From: Azolla caroliniana
Lineage: Eukaryota > Plantae > Polypodiophyta
Length of the DNA stretch: 64,000 nucleotides
Direction of reading: 5' to 3'
Assembly: GCA_043228905.1 (NCBI GenBank)
Contig: JBHGNT010000018.1
Location: 6,510,001 to 6,574,000 of the forward strand
The stretch's first letter is position 1. Every line of letters starts with the position of its first letter. The position numbers and the translations under genes were made by a program. The notes under the pieces are model-generated. The model did no database searches, was not told the DNA's origin, and was given only the letters and a program-made list of their open reading frames with translations. This document shows, piece after piece, positions 50,279-62,200 of the stretch.

Positions 50279-51050
50279 CATAGTTGTTTACGTACCCGTA
50301 TTCAACGTTTAAATACGTATAGTACCTCATCATTTGTATAGTACGTATTATACCTCAATGTTGTTCAGTCAAATATCATGTACATTTGTCCAATACGGTA
50401 AAAGAAAAAAAAGATTTTAGTGAAAAAGAAGCCAAAGGAAAGAAGAAAGAAGAATAGAAGAGACGACGATGAAGAAGATGATGAAGAAGAAGAAGAAGAA
50501 GAAGAGAGAAAAGAAGACATAAACCTATCTTGAGTGTGATAATCGTAGTAGATAGAAGAAGAAGAAGACGAAGAAAACGAAGAAAAGAGAAACCTATCAT
50601 GAGTGTGATAATCGTAGACGATTCCTCAATCTATGAAGGCATAATTGTAAATAATTACAATTTGAAGTAGAACATCGTGATACACACTTACACTGATTTA
50701 TAGAATAAGGGAATGTCGACATCCATAATACTACAAGTATTTTAGGATGTGAAATGTTCAAATGTCTTATATGCATTTTAGGATGTAGAACTATATTGTA
50801 CATCACAAAATTGTGTAAACATAGATGTCTTTTACAATATTATAGATATTTTTTAGAAAGGTAAATAATTTCCAAATTCTAGAAGTATTTAACGTACTAT
50901 ACGTAAAATATGTATTTAACGTATTTTATGTATTTTATAAGTATTTAACATATTAAGAAAATGTATTTAACATATTTTTAAATTGGGAGGGACTATATGG
51001 GTATTAATATGTTAAATGCGTATAGTATCCGTACCGTACCTAACGTATGA
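50279..51050. mobile_element. Non-autonomous AT-rich DNA element (hAT-like) inserted in the Copia-B gag
   Basis: Interrupts MHQY|LVGQG; flanks ATCAATAC / TTCAATAC (8 bp, 7/8 match); ends CATAGTT / AACGTATG; many subterminal CGTA motifs. Confidence 0.7.
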
Positions 51051-52034
51051 TTCAATACCTTGTCGGTCAAGGCTATTGGAGCTACATCAAAGGACCACAA
51101 GAAAACCGGCCCGACCCGAAAGACGCCGACTATGCAACATGGGAGCAAGCGGCGAGTCGAGTAATGTATTGCTTGGTGACATGTGTTCAAGACCACATGC
51201 TCAATTACATTCGAGAAGCCGAGATGCCGAAGGAAGCATGGGAAAATCTACGAAAGATTTTCGCCGCCAACACGACTACGAGGAAGCTTCAACTCCGCCG
51301 AGAGTTGAACAACATCCAACAAAGGGATATGTCCATCACAAACTACACCTTGAAGATCAAGGAACTTTGTGATGCACTCGGCTCAATAAGTGTCAATGTG
51401 GAGGACGAAGAAATGGTGCAAATATGCCTCGGCGGCTTTGCACCATGATTCGGCGCGATGCGGACCGCCATACTAGCACGGGAGAATCCACCCTCCTTCG
51501 ATCTTCAATCTATGTTATTGGTCGAAGAGAATCATGTTCGAACAAGGAGCAATGCCTCGAAAGGCCACATGCTCTACACGCATTAGAATGGAGGAAGAGG
51601 ACATGGACGAGGCGGCGGACGAGGTCCAACTTACAACAACAAGTCAACCTAGTCTAGTGTGTGAACACACCCTTGAGAGTGTGCACTCAAAGGTCAAAAG
51701 TCACCACTCTTATCTACACATTAACTATGTGTCATAGAATCATATTCTATGACACATAACTAATGAGTTTGCACATTCCCCATGACCCATGAGCTTTGGT
51801 AGTTAATGAAGAGAGAGAGTGACTATATAAAGCACTCTCCTCCTACTTTGTCTTTAGTTCGGTTAATCTCCTTTGTAATATACATCGTCTTGGGTATTCT
51901 ATTGTTGTTTAAAAATCTATCTATCTTGTGTTTCTCTCTCTCTCACTCACTCTCTCTCTTATACACACACACTCACAACACATATCTCTAGTCTATTCCG
52001 CTGCACAAGAATCCCCATCGATTCTTGACATACT

Positions 52035-52467
52035 GATCTGGTCGATATCAGCCCAATGGTATCACATACTACATCTACCTAGAAAATCAGATCATTTGTG
52101 CAACATGCTTCATCAACTTGCATGACCAGATCATTTGTGTCAGTTTCTACATCAACTTTCAAGATGTGGCCCTCTAAACACGCAGCAACATCAACAGTTT
52201 CCACACTGCCATCGGCCTTAGGAGAAATTGATTCAAACCCTTTAAACTCTACAACATCAGAAAACACCAACATATTCACACTCACAAAACAACATAATGA
52301 ACATGAAATATTTTCCATCATAGAACAACATGAGCATAACTATCTTGGAGAAACATCATAGAGTTCCATTACATAATGTGGATCAAGCAACAACCAATCT
52401 GTGGTTTTACTTGTCCAAATAGATCATCATAACACTTCATAAAACCCTACGAAAATCACTAACAATC
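52035..52467 (-). pseudogene. Middle part of the degenerate unknown gene
   Basis: ORF 52321-52079 is in frame with 23272-22895; contiguous with 58004 onward via TSD ATATC. Confidence 0.5.
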
Positions 52468-52472
52468 ATATC

Positions 52473-55400
52473 TGTAAAGAATCAAGAGATGGATTCTTGT
52501 GAAGCGGAATAGGTGTGAACTGTGTGTGTGTGTGTGTGTGTGTATGAGATGGAGAGAGAGAGACACACACACACACAAAGTATACGCAAGGTTAAGTATA
52601 TTAACAAAGGAGAAAGACTCAGCCCTATACAAGGTGGGAGGAGAGTGCTTTATGTAGTCACCCTCTCTCTTCATTAACTACAAGGCTCATGGAGCATGGG
52701 GAATGTGAAAGCTCATAAGTTATGTGTCATAGAATATGATTCTATGACTCATACTAAATGCTAGAATACAAAGTGGTGACATAGTGGTGACTCTTGACCA
52801 TTGGAGTGTCTATTCACTCTCAAGGTGAGTTCACACACTAGACCAAGTTGAGCTTAATTCTCAACACGCCCCCTCAAGCTCAAGTCGGGTCGGTTTCAAA
52901 CGGTATCCGAAATCCGCTTCAACTCGCGTTCCGGAGTCCGCACCAACTCGTGTCGACTCGCTTTATGCGGAGTTGCGGAATCCATGCTCCAACTTGCGTT
53001 GTGCGTAATTACGAAGTTTGTGCTTCGTCTTGCGGCTTTCTTCGCGGCTTTGCGCGGTAGATCGGCTCTTCACTGCTTCGTTGCGTGGTTGCGGAATCCA
53101 CGCGTTATTGCGTTGTGTCTTCAATACTCCCCCTCAAGCTTGGCAGGTCAAGGATCGTCAATCCAAGATCGTTCATGAATTGCCATAGCTTTTCGGCTCC
53201 TAAGGCTTTAGTGAAGATGTCGGCCGTTTGAAGATTGGTGCTAATGTGTTGTAGGTTGACATCGCCAGCCAGAACGCGCTCTCGGATGAACTGATAGTGC
53301 ACTTCAATGTGCTTTGTCCGCGCGTGGAACACCGGGTTCCGAGCCAGATAGATACTGCTCATGTTGTTGCAATAAAGGGAAGCCGGATCCTTGATGGGTA
53401 CGCCCAAATCCTTCAAAATCCTCTTGAGCCATACGGCTTCACATGTAGCTACGGTTGCGCCCCTGTATTCCGCCTCCGTACTCGAAAGAGCGACGGTAGG
53501 CTGCTTCTTGCTACTCTAGGATATTGCTTCGCTACCGAGGGAGAAAACAAATCTGGAGGTTGATCTCGACGTCTGTGTACCCCTCGAGTCGTATTGGCAT
53601 CGCAGTCTTGTAGAGGATGCTGCAATCCATTGTGCCGCTCACGTAGCATAGAACTCGCTTAGCACAATCCAAGTGAGTATCACGCAGTGTTTGCATGAAT
53701 TGACTAAGGAGACCGACCGGATAGCTAAGATCGAGTCGAGTGATCGTGAGGTAGATGAAACTCCCGATGAGTTGCCGATACTGAGTTGGCTCACACGCTT
53801 TGGTGCCGGAGTTCGCATCGAGTTTGAGATTGCGATCGAGCGGGGTTGCCGCGGATTTGTACTCAGCCATCCCGAACTTGTATAACAAGTTGAGGCTGTA
53901 GTGCCGTTGAGAGATCATGATTCCGGCCGGAGTCTGAATTACCTCGATGCCGAGGAAGTACTGGAGCTCCTTTATTTCCATCATCTTGAACTTGTCTGAA
54001 AGAAGGGATTTGACCTTATTGATTTCGACGAGATGCTCACCTCCAATGACTAGGTCATGCAGATATAAGATGATGACGATCGGACTTGCGGAATCGCTTC
54101 GTATGTAGAGGGAGTTGTCCAATTTTGACATACAGAAGCCGATTTGATAAAGATATTGCATTATCTTCGAATGCCAAGCACGCGGTGCTTGCTTGAGGCC
54201 GTAGAGAGGCTTCTTGAATCGACAAACGGTTTTTGGATGAATGCGTGATTCGAAGCCGGGTGGTTGTATCATGTACACCTCCTCTTCTAATTCGCCTTGT
54301 ACAAAGGCGTTCTTAACGTCCATTTGATGGAGGTGCCACCCTTTCGCCGCGGCAAGCGCAATTATGGTCTATACCGTAGTCATCTTTGCCACCGGGGCAA
54401 AGGTCTCTTCGTAGTCAACTCCATGCATTTGTGCGTAGCCTTTCGCTACGAGTCACGCTTTGTAGCGGTTGACGAAACTGTCAGCGTTGTACTTCACTTT
54501 GTAGATCCATTTGCATCCGATCGCCTTTTTGTGCGGTGAGGTGGGAACGAGATCCCACGTCTCGTTCTTCCGTAGTGCCTACATCTCCTCGTTCATTGCT
54601 TCGATCCATCGTGGGTCCTTCGCGGCTTCGGAAAAGGTTTCCGTCTCCTGTACTATTGCTACCTTCATCATAAAGGCGTAATGGTACGCCATATAATCGT
54701 TGTAGCCGAATCGGCTTACGAGTTCTTTTCACGAGTGAATCGGCGGAGCTTCTCATTTGCAGATATGAGGGCTTTCTTAGCTCCGATTGGTACCTCGAAA
54801 CTGCCGAACTCACTGTCGAGTGAGTGAGTCGACGCAATCGTCTGCGTATTCCACCATTTTCGCCTTGCCTTTGTCCATCATCGGGCTAGGCCGTGATGTG
54901 CTTTGATCGCTCAAAGGCTCTTCTGGTCTGCTCAGTCGGGTCGTGATCGGACTTTCTTCGAACATGCGCGTAAGGCGATCTTCATCCCCTATCTCTTGTT
55001 TGGTGGATTCCGGGTCGAGCGGGGTCGGAGTCGAAGTTGTCTCTGGTGCGTACCAAGATGCGGACGTGTCAAAGACGACGTCTCGACTTACTCGAGATTT
55101 TCGAGTTGAGGGGTTGTAGCACTTGTACCCCTTTTGCTCCAGTGAGTATCCTACGAGGATACATTTCTCCGACTTCGGGTCGAGCTTTTGACACTTCTCA
55201 TCGGGGATGTGCACGTACGCAATGGAGCCGAATATCCAAACATGTGATAGGTTCGGCTTCTTTCTGAAGAATCTTTCGTGCGGAGTGACCTCGTGCACGC
55301 CGGATGTTGTGCACCAGTTCATTAGGTAGACGGTCGTATTTGCAGTTTCGGCCCAATTAAGACTTGGGCATATGCTTCTCATTCATCATGGCCCGCGCTA

Positions 55401-57620
55401 CTTCGAGGATGTGCCGATTTTTGCGCTCGGCTACCCCGTTTTGTTGCGGAGTGTGTTGGCAAGTGAATTCTCGCCGAATTCCTTCCTTTCGAAGATACGC
55501 CGTGAAGGCGTCCAAGAAGTACTCCTTGCCGCCATCCAATCAAAGGCATCGTACATGTCGGCCCGTGGATTTCTCGACTTCATTCTTGAAAATTTTGGAA
55601 GTGTCCAAACACTTCGCTCTTTTGTCACATCGGGTAGATCCAAGTGTGCCTAGAGAAGTCGTCGATGAAGAGCACGTAATATCGGCATCCGCCGAATGTA
55701 GCCGTCTGCGCCAGTCCCCATACGTCAGAATGGACTATGTCGAGTAGACCTTTGCTCACGTTCCGCTCTTTCGGGAATGGGTGTCGGTGTTGCTTGCCGA
55801 ATTGGCACACTTCGCATACACCTACAATCTCCTTCTCTTTGAATGTCGAGAGTCCAATGACGACTCCTTTCAATTTCATTGCTTTGAGTTTGTTGAGATT
55901 GATGTGGCCAATTCGCATGTGCCATAGCTCTATGTCGGAGTCGGCTTTTGTTTTTTTCGCGAACATGGCGGATTTCATCTCGCGTGAATCGAGAATGAAC
56001 ATCCGGCCCTCTCTTCGTCCGAGTGCGATGAGTCGGCCCTCTTTTTCTATGAAGCAACCGCCTTGATTAAATCGAACTTGCATCCCTTGCTCTACAATTT
56101 GGCCGACGAAGACTAAATTCTTCGTAATGGTCGGTACATGCAAGATATTTTTAATGTAATTTTTCTTACCTTCTTTTCCAAATGGAACATTGCCAATGTG
56201 CCGAATCGGGTGCGTAGTGTCGTCTCCGGTTTCAACATAGCCAGGTCGATCCGGCTCTCGAAGTTCTCGGAACCATTCTTGATGCGATCTCATATGGTTC
56301 GAGGCACCGGAATCGACAAACCATACGTCTTCCGAACCGGAGGCACTAGTTGAGGTAGCGGCCGACATAGAGTTTGCTCTATGTTTCATCATGAACATTC
56401 CGCCACGGTCGGAGTTGTGCACATACATTCCGCCACGATCTTCATAGTCGGAGTTGTGCTCGTACATTTCGCCATGGTCGGAGTTGTGTGCATACATTCC
56501 ACCATGATCTTCGTAGTCAGAGTTGTGTGCGTAATTCGTGAGTTGTCGGCTTGTGGAAGCCGATTCACGCATCTTCTTCCGGCACTCTTCTTCGTGGTGG
56601 CCGAGCTTTCCGCAATATCCGCATTCAGTTACGTTTTAACAGCTTGGGCCGGAGTGGAAGTTCACCCTTCTTGCGAAGGTTCTTCGTTGGCCTCCGTTTT
56701 GCGGCCGAAATTGGGAGTTGTTATCGTAGGTCGGACCTCGTCCCCCTTGTCCTTGCCCGAATCGGCCTCTCGCTCGTCCGCGTCCTCTTCCTCCATTAGA
56801 GTGCGTGTAGAGCATGTGGCCATCCGACTCATTGCTCCTTGTATGCACGTGTTTTTCTTCGACCAATAGCATTGATTGGAGCTCGAAGAAGGAGGGAGAT
56901 TTCTCCTGTGCTAGAACGGCAGTTTGCATTGTGCCGAACCGTGCTGCGAGGTCGCCGAGGCATATTTGCACCATCTCATCATCATCTATACTTACGCTTA
57001 TTGAGCCGAGCGAGTCGCAAAGCTCCTTGATCTTCAAGGTGTATGTCGTGATGGACATGTCCCTTTCTTGAATGTTGTTCAACTCTTGGCGGAGTTGAAG
57101 CTTCCTCGCGGTTGTGTTGGCGGCGAAAATCTTTCGTAGATTTTCCCACGCTTCCTTCGGCATCTTGGCTTCTCGAATGTAACCGAGCATGTGGTCGTGA
57201 ACACATGTCACCAAACAATACATCACACGACTTGCGGCTTGCTCCCATGTCGCGTATCCGGGAGCCGCTTCGGCGGGTCGGTCTTCATGCCCTCCTTTGA
57301 TGTAACTCCAATAGCCTTGTCCGACAAGGTATTGGTGCATCTTGTACTCCCATGATGCGAAGTTGTTTCGATCCAACTTCTCGGTAGGGAGAGCGCTCCC
57401 CATTTGAGTATTCATTATGTCGATTCTTCTTCTTCTTCTTCTCTCTTCGAATGTGAGCTATGTAGCAAAGCTACGATAGCTATGAGCCGGTTCTTGGTCG
57501 TTGGCGTAGAGCACAACACACAATCACAATGAGGCGAATGGGCTAGATCGAGCTACCAAATCGCTATGATACCATGTAAAGAATCAAGAGATAGATTCTT
57601 GTGAAGCAGAATAGGTGTGA

Positions 57621-57676
<56 letters not shown>

Positions 57677-57998
57677 AGATAGAGAGAGAGACACACACAC
57701 ACACACACAAAGTATACGCAAGGTTAAGTATATTAACAAAGGAGAAAGACTCAGCCCTATACAAGGTAGGAGGAGAGTGCTTTATGTAGTCACCCTCTCT
57801 CTTCATTAACTACAAGGCTCATGGAGCATGGGGAATGTGAAAGCTCATAAGTTATGTGTCATAGAATATGATTCTATGACTCATACTAAATGCTAGAATA
57901 CAAAGTGGTGACATAGTGGTGACTCTTGAACGTTGGAGTGTCTATTCACTCTCAAGGTGAGTTCACACACTAGACCAAATTGAGCTTGATTCTCAACA
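52473..57998 (-). mobile_element. Full-length decayed Copia family B element
   Basis: LTRs 52473-52866 and 57575-57998 (differing mainly in (GT)n length). TSD ATATC. PBS 57563-57574. PPT 52867-52878. gag-pol from 57415 to 53105 with stops and frameshifts. Confidence 0.96.
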
Positions 57999-58003
57999 AT
58001 ATC

Positions 58004-58545
58004 CCACTAGTAAGTATTTTGCTCCAATACAATAGCCCCTTGACCAAGTAATTGGTCTTGTCCTCGATCGTGGCCCCTTCTTCAGCCTTTTTCTAGCCGA
58101 TTGCCCATTTAGCCTTGCTTGTTTGACCCATTGCGCAAGTGTGTCCTCCACCAACAACCATTCCATCATCTCAGCAACGGCTTGCACGTCAGCCGCATCT
58201 TCCGTTAGCTTTTCCAATACTGTGGGATGTATTTGGACATTATCAGTAGTTGGGCTCAATGGGGTGGAATCAAGGTTTTGGGATTCGAAGAAATGTTGCA
58301 TCAAGTGTTCAAAAACACTATTGTTCTGAACCTCAGATTTACATGTTGTTTCCAATATCTCATGTGTTTTCACATCGTTGCCTAATTCAGTACCATCTTC
58401 CAAAAGAATAGGGTGGAGCTGATCTGAAGGAGATGTAATAGGAGGACTCTTACTTTTACCCACGTTGGCAACTATCTCCTCATCGGTTACAGCGTCATCA
58501 GCACCAGACACCTCATGCGCCCTCCTTAATCCACAAGATTCTACA
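58004..58545 (-). pseudogene. Upstream part of the degenerate unknown gene
   Basis: About 170 open codons, acidic then basic (RKRLKKGPRSR). Confidence 0.45.
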
Positions 58546-58549
58546 ACAT

Positions 58550-59010
58550 GGTCGCTAATTAGCTACATCTTAGCTAACTAGCTATTCTTCTAGACAATGA
58601 TACTAGCTAATTAGCTACCACTAAGATAATTAGCTACTTCCCTTAGGTATGGTACTAGCTAATTAGCTACTCTTTGTCAATACGGTAGCAACTAATGAGC
58701 TACTCTACTAAAGTATGGTACTAGCTAATTAGCCACTATAACTAAAGTATGGTAGTAGCTAATAAGCTACCACTTAGCTAATTAGCTATTGTACTCAACT
58801 ATGGTAGTAGCTAATTAGCTACCACTTAACTAATTAGGTACTCAGCTAAAGTATGGTAGTAGCTAATTAGCTACCACTTAACTAATTAGGTACTCAGCTA
58901 AAGTATGGTAGTAGCTAATTAGCTACACTTAGCTAATTAGCTACTATACTAAACTATGGGAGTAGCTAATTAGCTACCACTTGGCTAATTAGCTACTCAA
59001 CTGAAGTATG
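58550..59010. repeat. Palindromic minisatellite, left part
   Basis: Repeated GTAGCTAATTAGCTAC palindrome in units of about 52 bp. Confidence 0.92.
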
Positions 59011-59109
59011 GTATTAGTGCCTTACGGCCAACAAGGAATGCGGGTCAATACACCGCTCGAATACGGAGCATGTCCACTCTCGATAGCAATGGCCCTCCCG
59101 GAAACCATT

Positions 59110-61479
59110 CGTAGAAACAAATAGCGTGCGGAAGTAATAGAAAACAGAAAACAGAAAACATGTTTAATGGAGAGCTTAACAATATGCGGGAGAGATAGAG
59201 AGAGAGAGAGCACACAGAAACTCAATTCAAAAAATACTACTAAGTCTGTACATCGTATGTGTTCAGTGAACACTTTTATACAAGTCCATACGGATTGACA
59301 GAAGTACGGTGTACTTCAATGCTCACACGAGCGTCTGACACTAACTACAAGATATTAACTCCCTAGTAGACTAGCTGCTACTTGGCTTCCGGTTACTGCT
59401 TGATCCAGCTAATCGGCTCCCCAGCTCACCGGCTCACCGATCCGGCTCATCCTTCCGAATGCCGATCCGGATCCGGTTGAGCTTGCCGCTCAAGACTCCC
59501 CCTCAAGCTTAACTTGAGGTCGGATCATAGTGTCAGTCTCCATGGCAACCAGTCCTTCCACTTGGCTCCTTCTAGCGTCATTCCACCTCGCTTGCGCGGC
59601 TCGTCCGGTCCGGTCCCGTTTGCCACGACCCCTCTGGTTCTGCGCACCTCGACCTCCTCGGTCGGCTTGTCTGCTCAACAGGCCCAATTCAGCTCCCTTG
59701 CTGTTGTGACTTCGACGTGTTCCGATTCGCCGATTTCTTCGTGTTGGCGTCAACTTTTCCTGCCTTCTTGTCCACTTGGCCTTGAATTGAACCGGTTCTT
59801 TCGAATCCGTCTGTTGAACCGAATCGGCTGTCTCTGATTCGTTCCAGCTCTTGTCCGAATCGATCGCTCCTAATTCGTCTCCCGGTTCGAGGCACTTCAC
59901 CACATCGGACCATGTCCGGGTCTTGGCCTTCTTCTTCCGGTCGGTTGTGTCCTTCTTGACTTTGCCACCACTCCCGCTTGTTCCGACTTGTTCGGACGTG
60001 TCAACTTCCTTTGTCGACTCGGCTCCTTTCTTCTTCTTGTCTCCCCCTTTGTCGGTTCTTCCCTCACCGGCGCAATCGGCAGTCTCTTTGCCTTTGCCCG
60101 TTCCGGTGTCTTTGCCCGTTCTCCCCCTCAAGTGTAGCACGTTGAGATGCTGAACAACAAGCATTTCGGTGAAGTGTTGCAACTTGTCCAATCCGAGCGG
60201 TTTGGTGAAGATGTCGACAACTTGCCGATCCGTATGAACATACCGAAGTTTGACTTCACCGCTCAGGACACGCTCATGCACGAAGTGGTAGTGCACTTCT
60301 ATGTGCTTTGTGCGAGCATGGAATACGAGGTTCTTGGCGAGCTGCATGCTGTTTATGGTTTCACAGTAGATCAGGATTGGGGTCGGCACCTCGATCCGCA
60401 GGTCTTGTAGCAGTCGCCCCGGTATTCAGCCTCAGTGCTCGGAAGGTGCTCCACAGTCGCCTTCTGCATATATTGGCTTATCACGCGGACCGGATAACTA
60501 ATGTCAGCCCGGATAACTAATGTCAGTCACAGATCTCTTTGATTCGGGCCGTGTAAGCAGCCACCGACATGTCCTTCTATCGGATATCGCTCAACTCCTA
60601 TCGGAGTTGCAGCTTCCAGGTTGTAGTGCTTGCGGTGAAAACCTTCTTCAGGTTTCCCCAAGCCTCTTTCGGCATCTTGGCATCTCGGATGTGGCTCAAC
60701 AGCTGGTCTCCGACACTGGACGCAAAGCAGTACATCACTCTGCTTGCCGATTGTTCCCACACCGGGAAGTCCTTGTGTGCAGCATCAGGTGCTATGTCAT
60801 TAGCTCCATCGACATAGCTCCAGTAACCATGCCCAAGCAGTTACTGGTGCATCTAGTATGACCGAGATGCGTAGTTGGATCTGTCAAGCTTCTCCACCGG
60901 GAGCGAGCTAGCCATTCCTCTATCCATTTGTTTTTTTTTCTTGTTATTTACAAAGGTTAGGTTTTCTTCTTGAGAAAGCGAATGTCGGTTGCAGAGGCTC
61001 TCAACCCTCATACTCTGATACCATGTAGAAACAAATAGCATGCGGAAGCAATAGAAAACAGAAAACAGAAAACAGGTTTAATGGAGAGCTTAACAGTACG
61101 CGGGAGAGATAGAGAGATATAGAGCACACAGAAACTCAATTCAAAAAATACTACTCAGTCTGTACATCGTATGTGTTCAGTGAACACTTTTATACAAATC
61201 CATACGGACTGACAGAAGTACGGTGTACTTCAATGCTCACAGTGAACACTTTTATACAAATCCATACGGACTGACAAAAGTACGGTGTACTTCAATGCTC
61301 ACACGAGCATCTGACACTAACTACGAGATATTAACTTCCTAGTAGACTAGCTGCTACTTGGCTTCCGGTTACTACTTGATCCAGCTCACCGGCTCACCGA
61401 TCCGGCTCATCCTTCCGGATGCCGATCCGGCTCAGGCTTATTCAGTCAATCCGGATCCAGTTGAGCTTGCCGCTCAACA
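59110..61479 (-). mobile_element. Non-autonomous 2.37-kb Copia (family A relative)
   Basis: LTRs 59110-59495 and 61024-61479. TSD CCATT at 59105-59109 and 61480-61484. PBS 61012-61023. PPT 59496-59507. Carries gag start, RT scraps, RNase H and tail. Confidence 0.93.
59490..60389 (-). CDS. RNase H C-terminal half plus open charged tail (299 aa ORF)
   Basis: [44 protein letters not shown]. Confidence 0.75.
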   Translation of the reverse strand: MPTPILIYCETINSMQLAKNLVFHARTKHIEVHYHFVHERVLSGEVKLRYVHTDRQVVDIFTKPLGLDKLQHFTEMLVVQHLNVLHLRGRTGKDTGTGKGKETADCAGEGRTDKGGDKKKKGAESTKEVDTSEQVGTSGSGGKVKKDTTDRKKKAKTRTWSDVVKCLEPGDELGAIDSDKSWNESETADSVQQTDSKEPVQFKAKWTRRQEKLTPTRRNRRIGTRRSHNSKGAELGLLSRQADRGGRGAQNQRGRGKRDRTGRAAQARWNDARRSQVEGLVAMETDTMIRPQVKLEGES

Positions 61480-61484
61480 CCATT

Positions 61485-61702
61485 ACTATCATAGATGTAA
61501 CCAAAACTTCCCGGGAGGTCACCCATCCCAGTACTGTTCTAACTCAAGCACGCTTAACGAGCAATGCTTGAAGCATCCAAACAACCACAAAACTTATGGC
61601 ATGTGAGTTGCCAAGGTAGGTAAGAATGTGCTACACATTGATCCCCGGCAAGTGGTTGGTGGTCACCCGCAAGTGGGTGTTATATTGATTGCAGACGTCA
61701 CA
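61485..61702 (-). mobile_element. Cassandra-like LTR piece carrying the 5S rRNA internal promoter (61558-61506); the rest lies at ~59011-59109
   Basis: Minus strand GTTAAGCGTGCTTGAGTTAGAACAGTACTGGGATGGGTGACCTCCCGGGAAGT corresponds to 5S A-box/IE/C-box; the piece begins TGTGAC. Confidence 0.7.
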
Positions 61703-61711
61703 CCTAAGTCT

Positions 61712-62200
61712 GTAGCTAATTAGCTACTACTTAGCTAATTAGATATTGTACTAAACTATGGTAGTAGCTAGCTAGCAACCACTTAGCTAATTAGCTACTC
61801 AACTAAAGTATGGTAGTAGCTAATTAGCTACCACTTAGCTAATGAGCTACTATACTAAAATATGGTAGTAGTTAATTAGCTACCACTTAGCTAATTAGCT
61901 ACTGAGCTAAAGTATGGTAGTATCTAATTCGCTACCAGTTAGCTAATTAGTTACTCAACTAAACTGTGGTAGTAGATAATTAGCTATTGTATTCAACTAT
62001 GGTAGTAGTTAATTAGCTACCTCTTAGCTACTTAGTTACTCAACTAAACTATTGTAGTAGCTAATTAACTTCTCAACTATGGTTGTAGCTAATTAACTAC
62101 ACGTTAGCTAATTAGCTACTACACTACAACCATAACAACTAAATAGTTTCCCCACTTTATACGGGTTACCTAATTAGCAAAGATGTGACTAATTAGCTAC
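61712..62200. repeat. Palindromic minisatellite, right part
   Basis: Same TAGCTAATTAGCTA units as 58550-59010. Confidence 0.92.

Larger units (their letters stand above)
23295..52030 (+). mobile_element. Copia family B element, internally deleted (split 5' LTR, PBS, gag, truncated 3' LTR); outermost layer of the nest
   Basis: 5' LTR = 23295-23618 + 49971-50036; PBS 50037-50048; gag MNTQMGSALPSEKLD from 50192; 3' LTR ~51644-52030; flanking duplication TACT at 23291-23294 and 52031-52034. Confidence 0.88.

Noticed and set aside
61506-61558. Functional 5S rRNA gene
   Set aside because: Only about 53 of 120 nt match; the 5' half and 3' end are absent
58550-62200. CRISPR-like array of palindromic repeats
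   Set aside because: The linkers are short and homologous to each other rather than unique spacers; there are no cas genes and the context is eukaryotic
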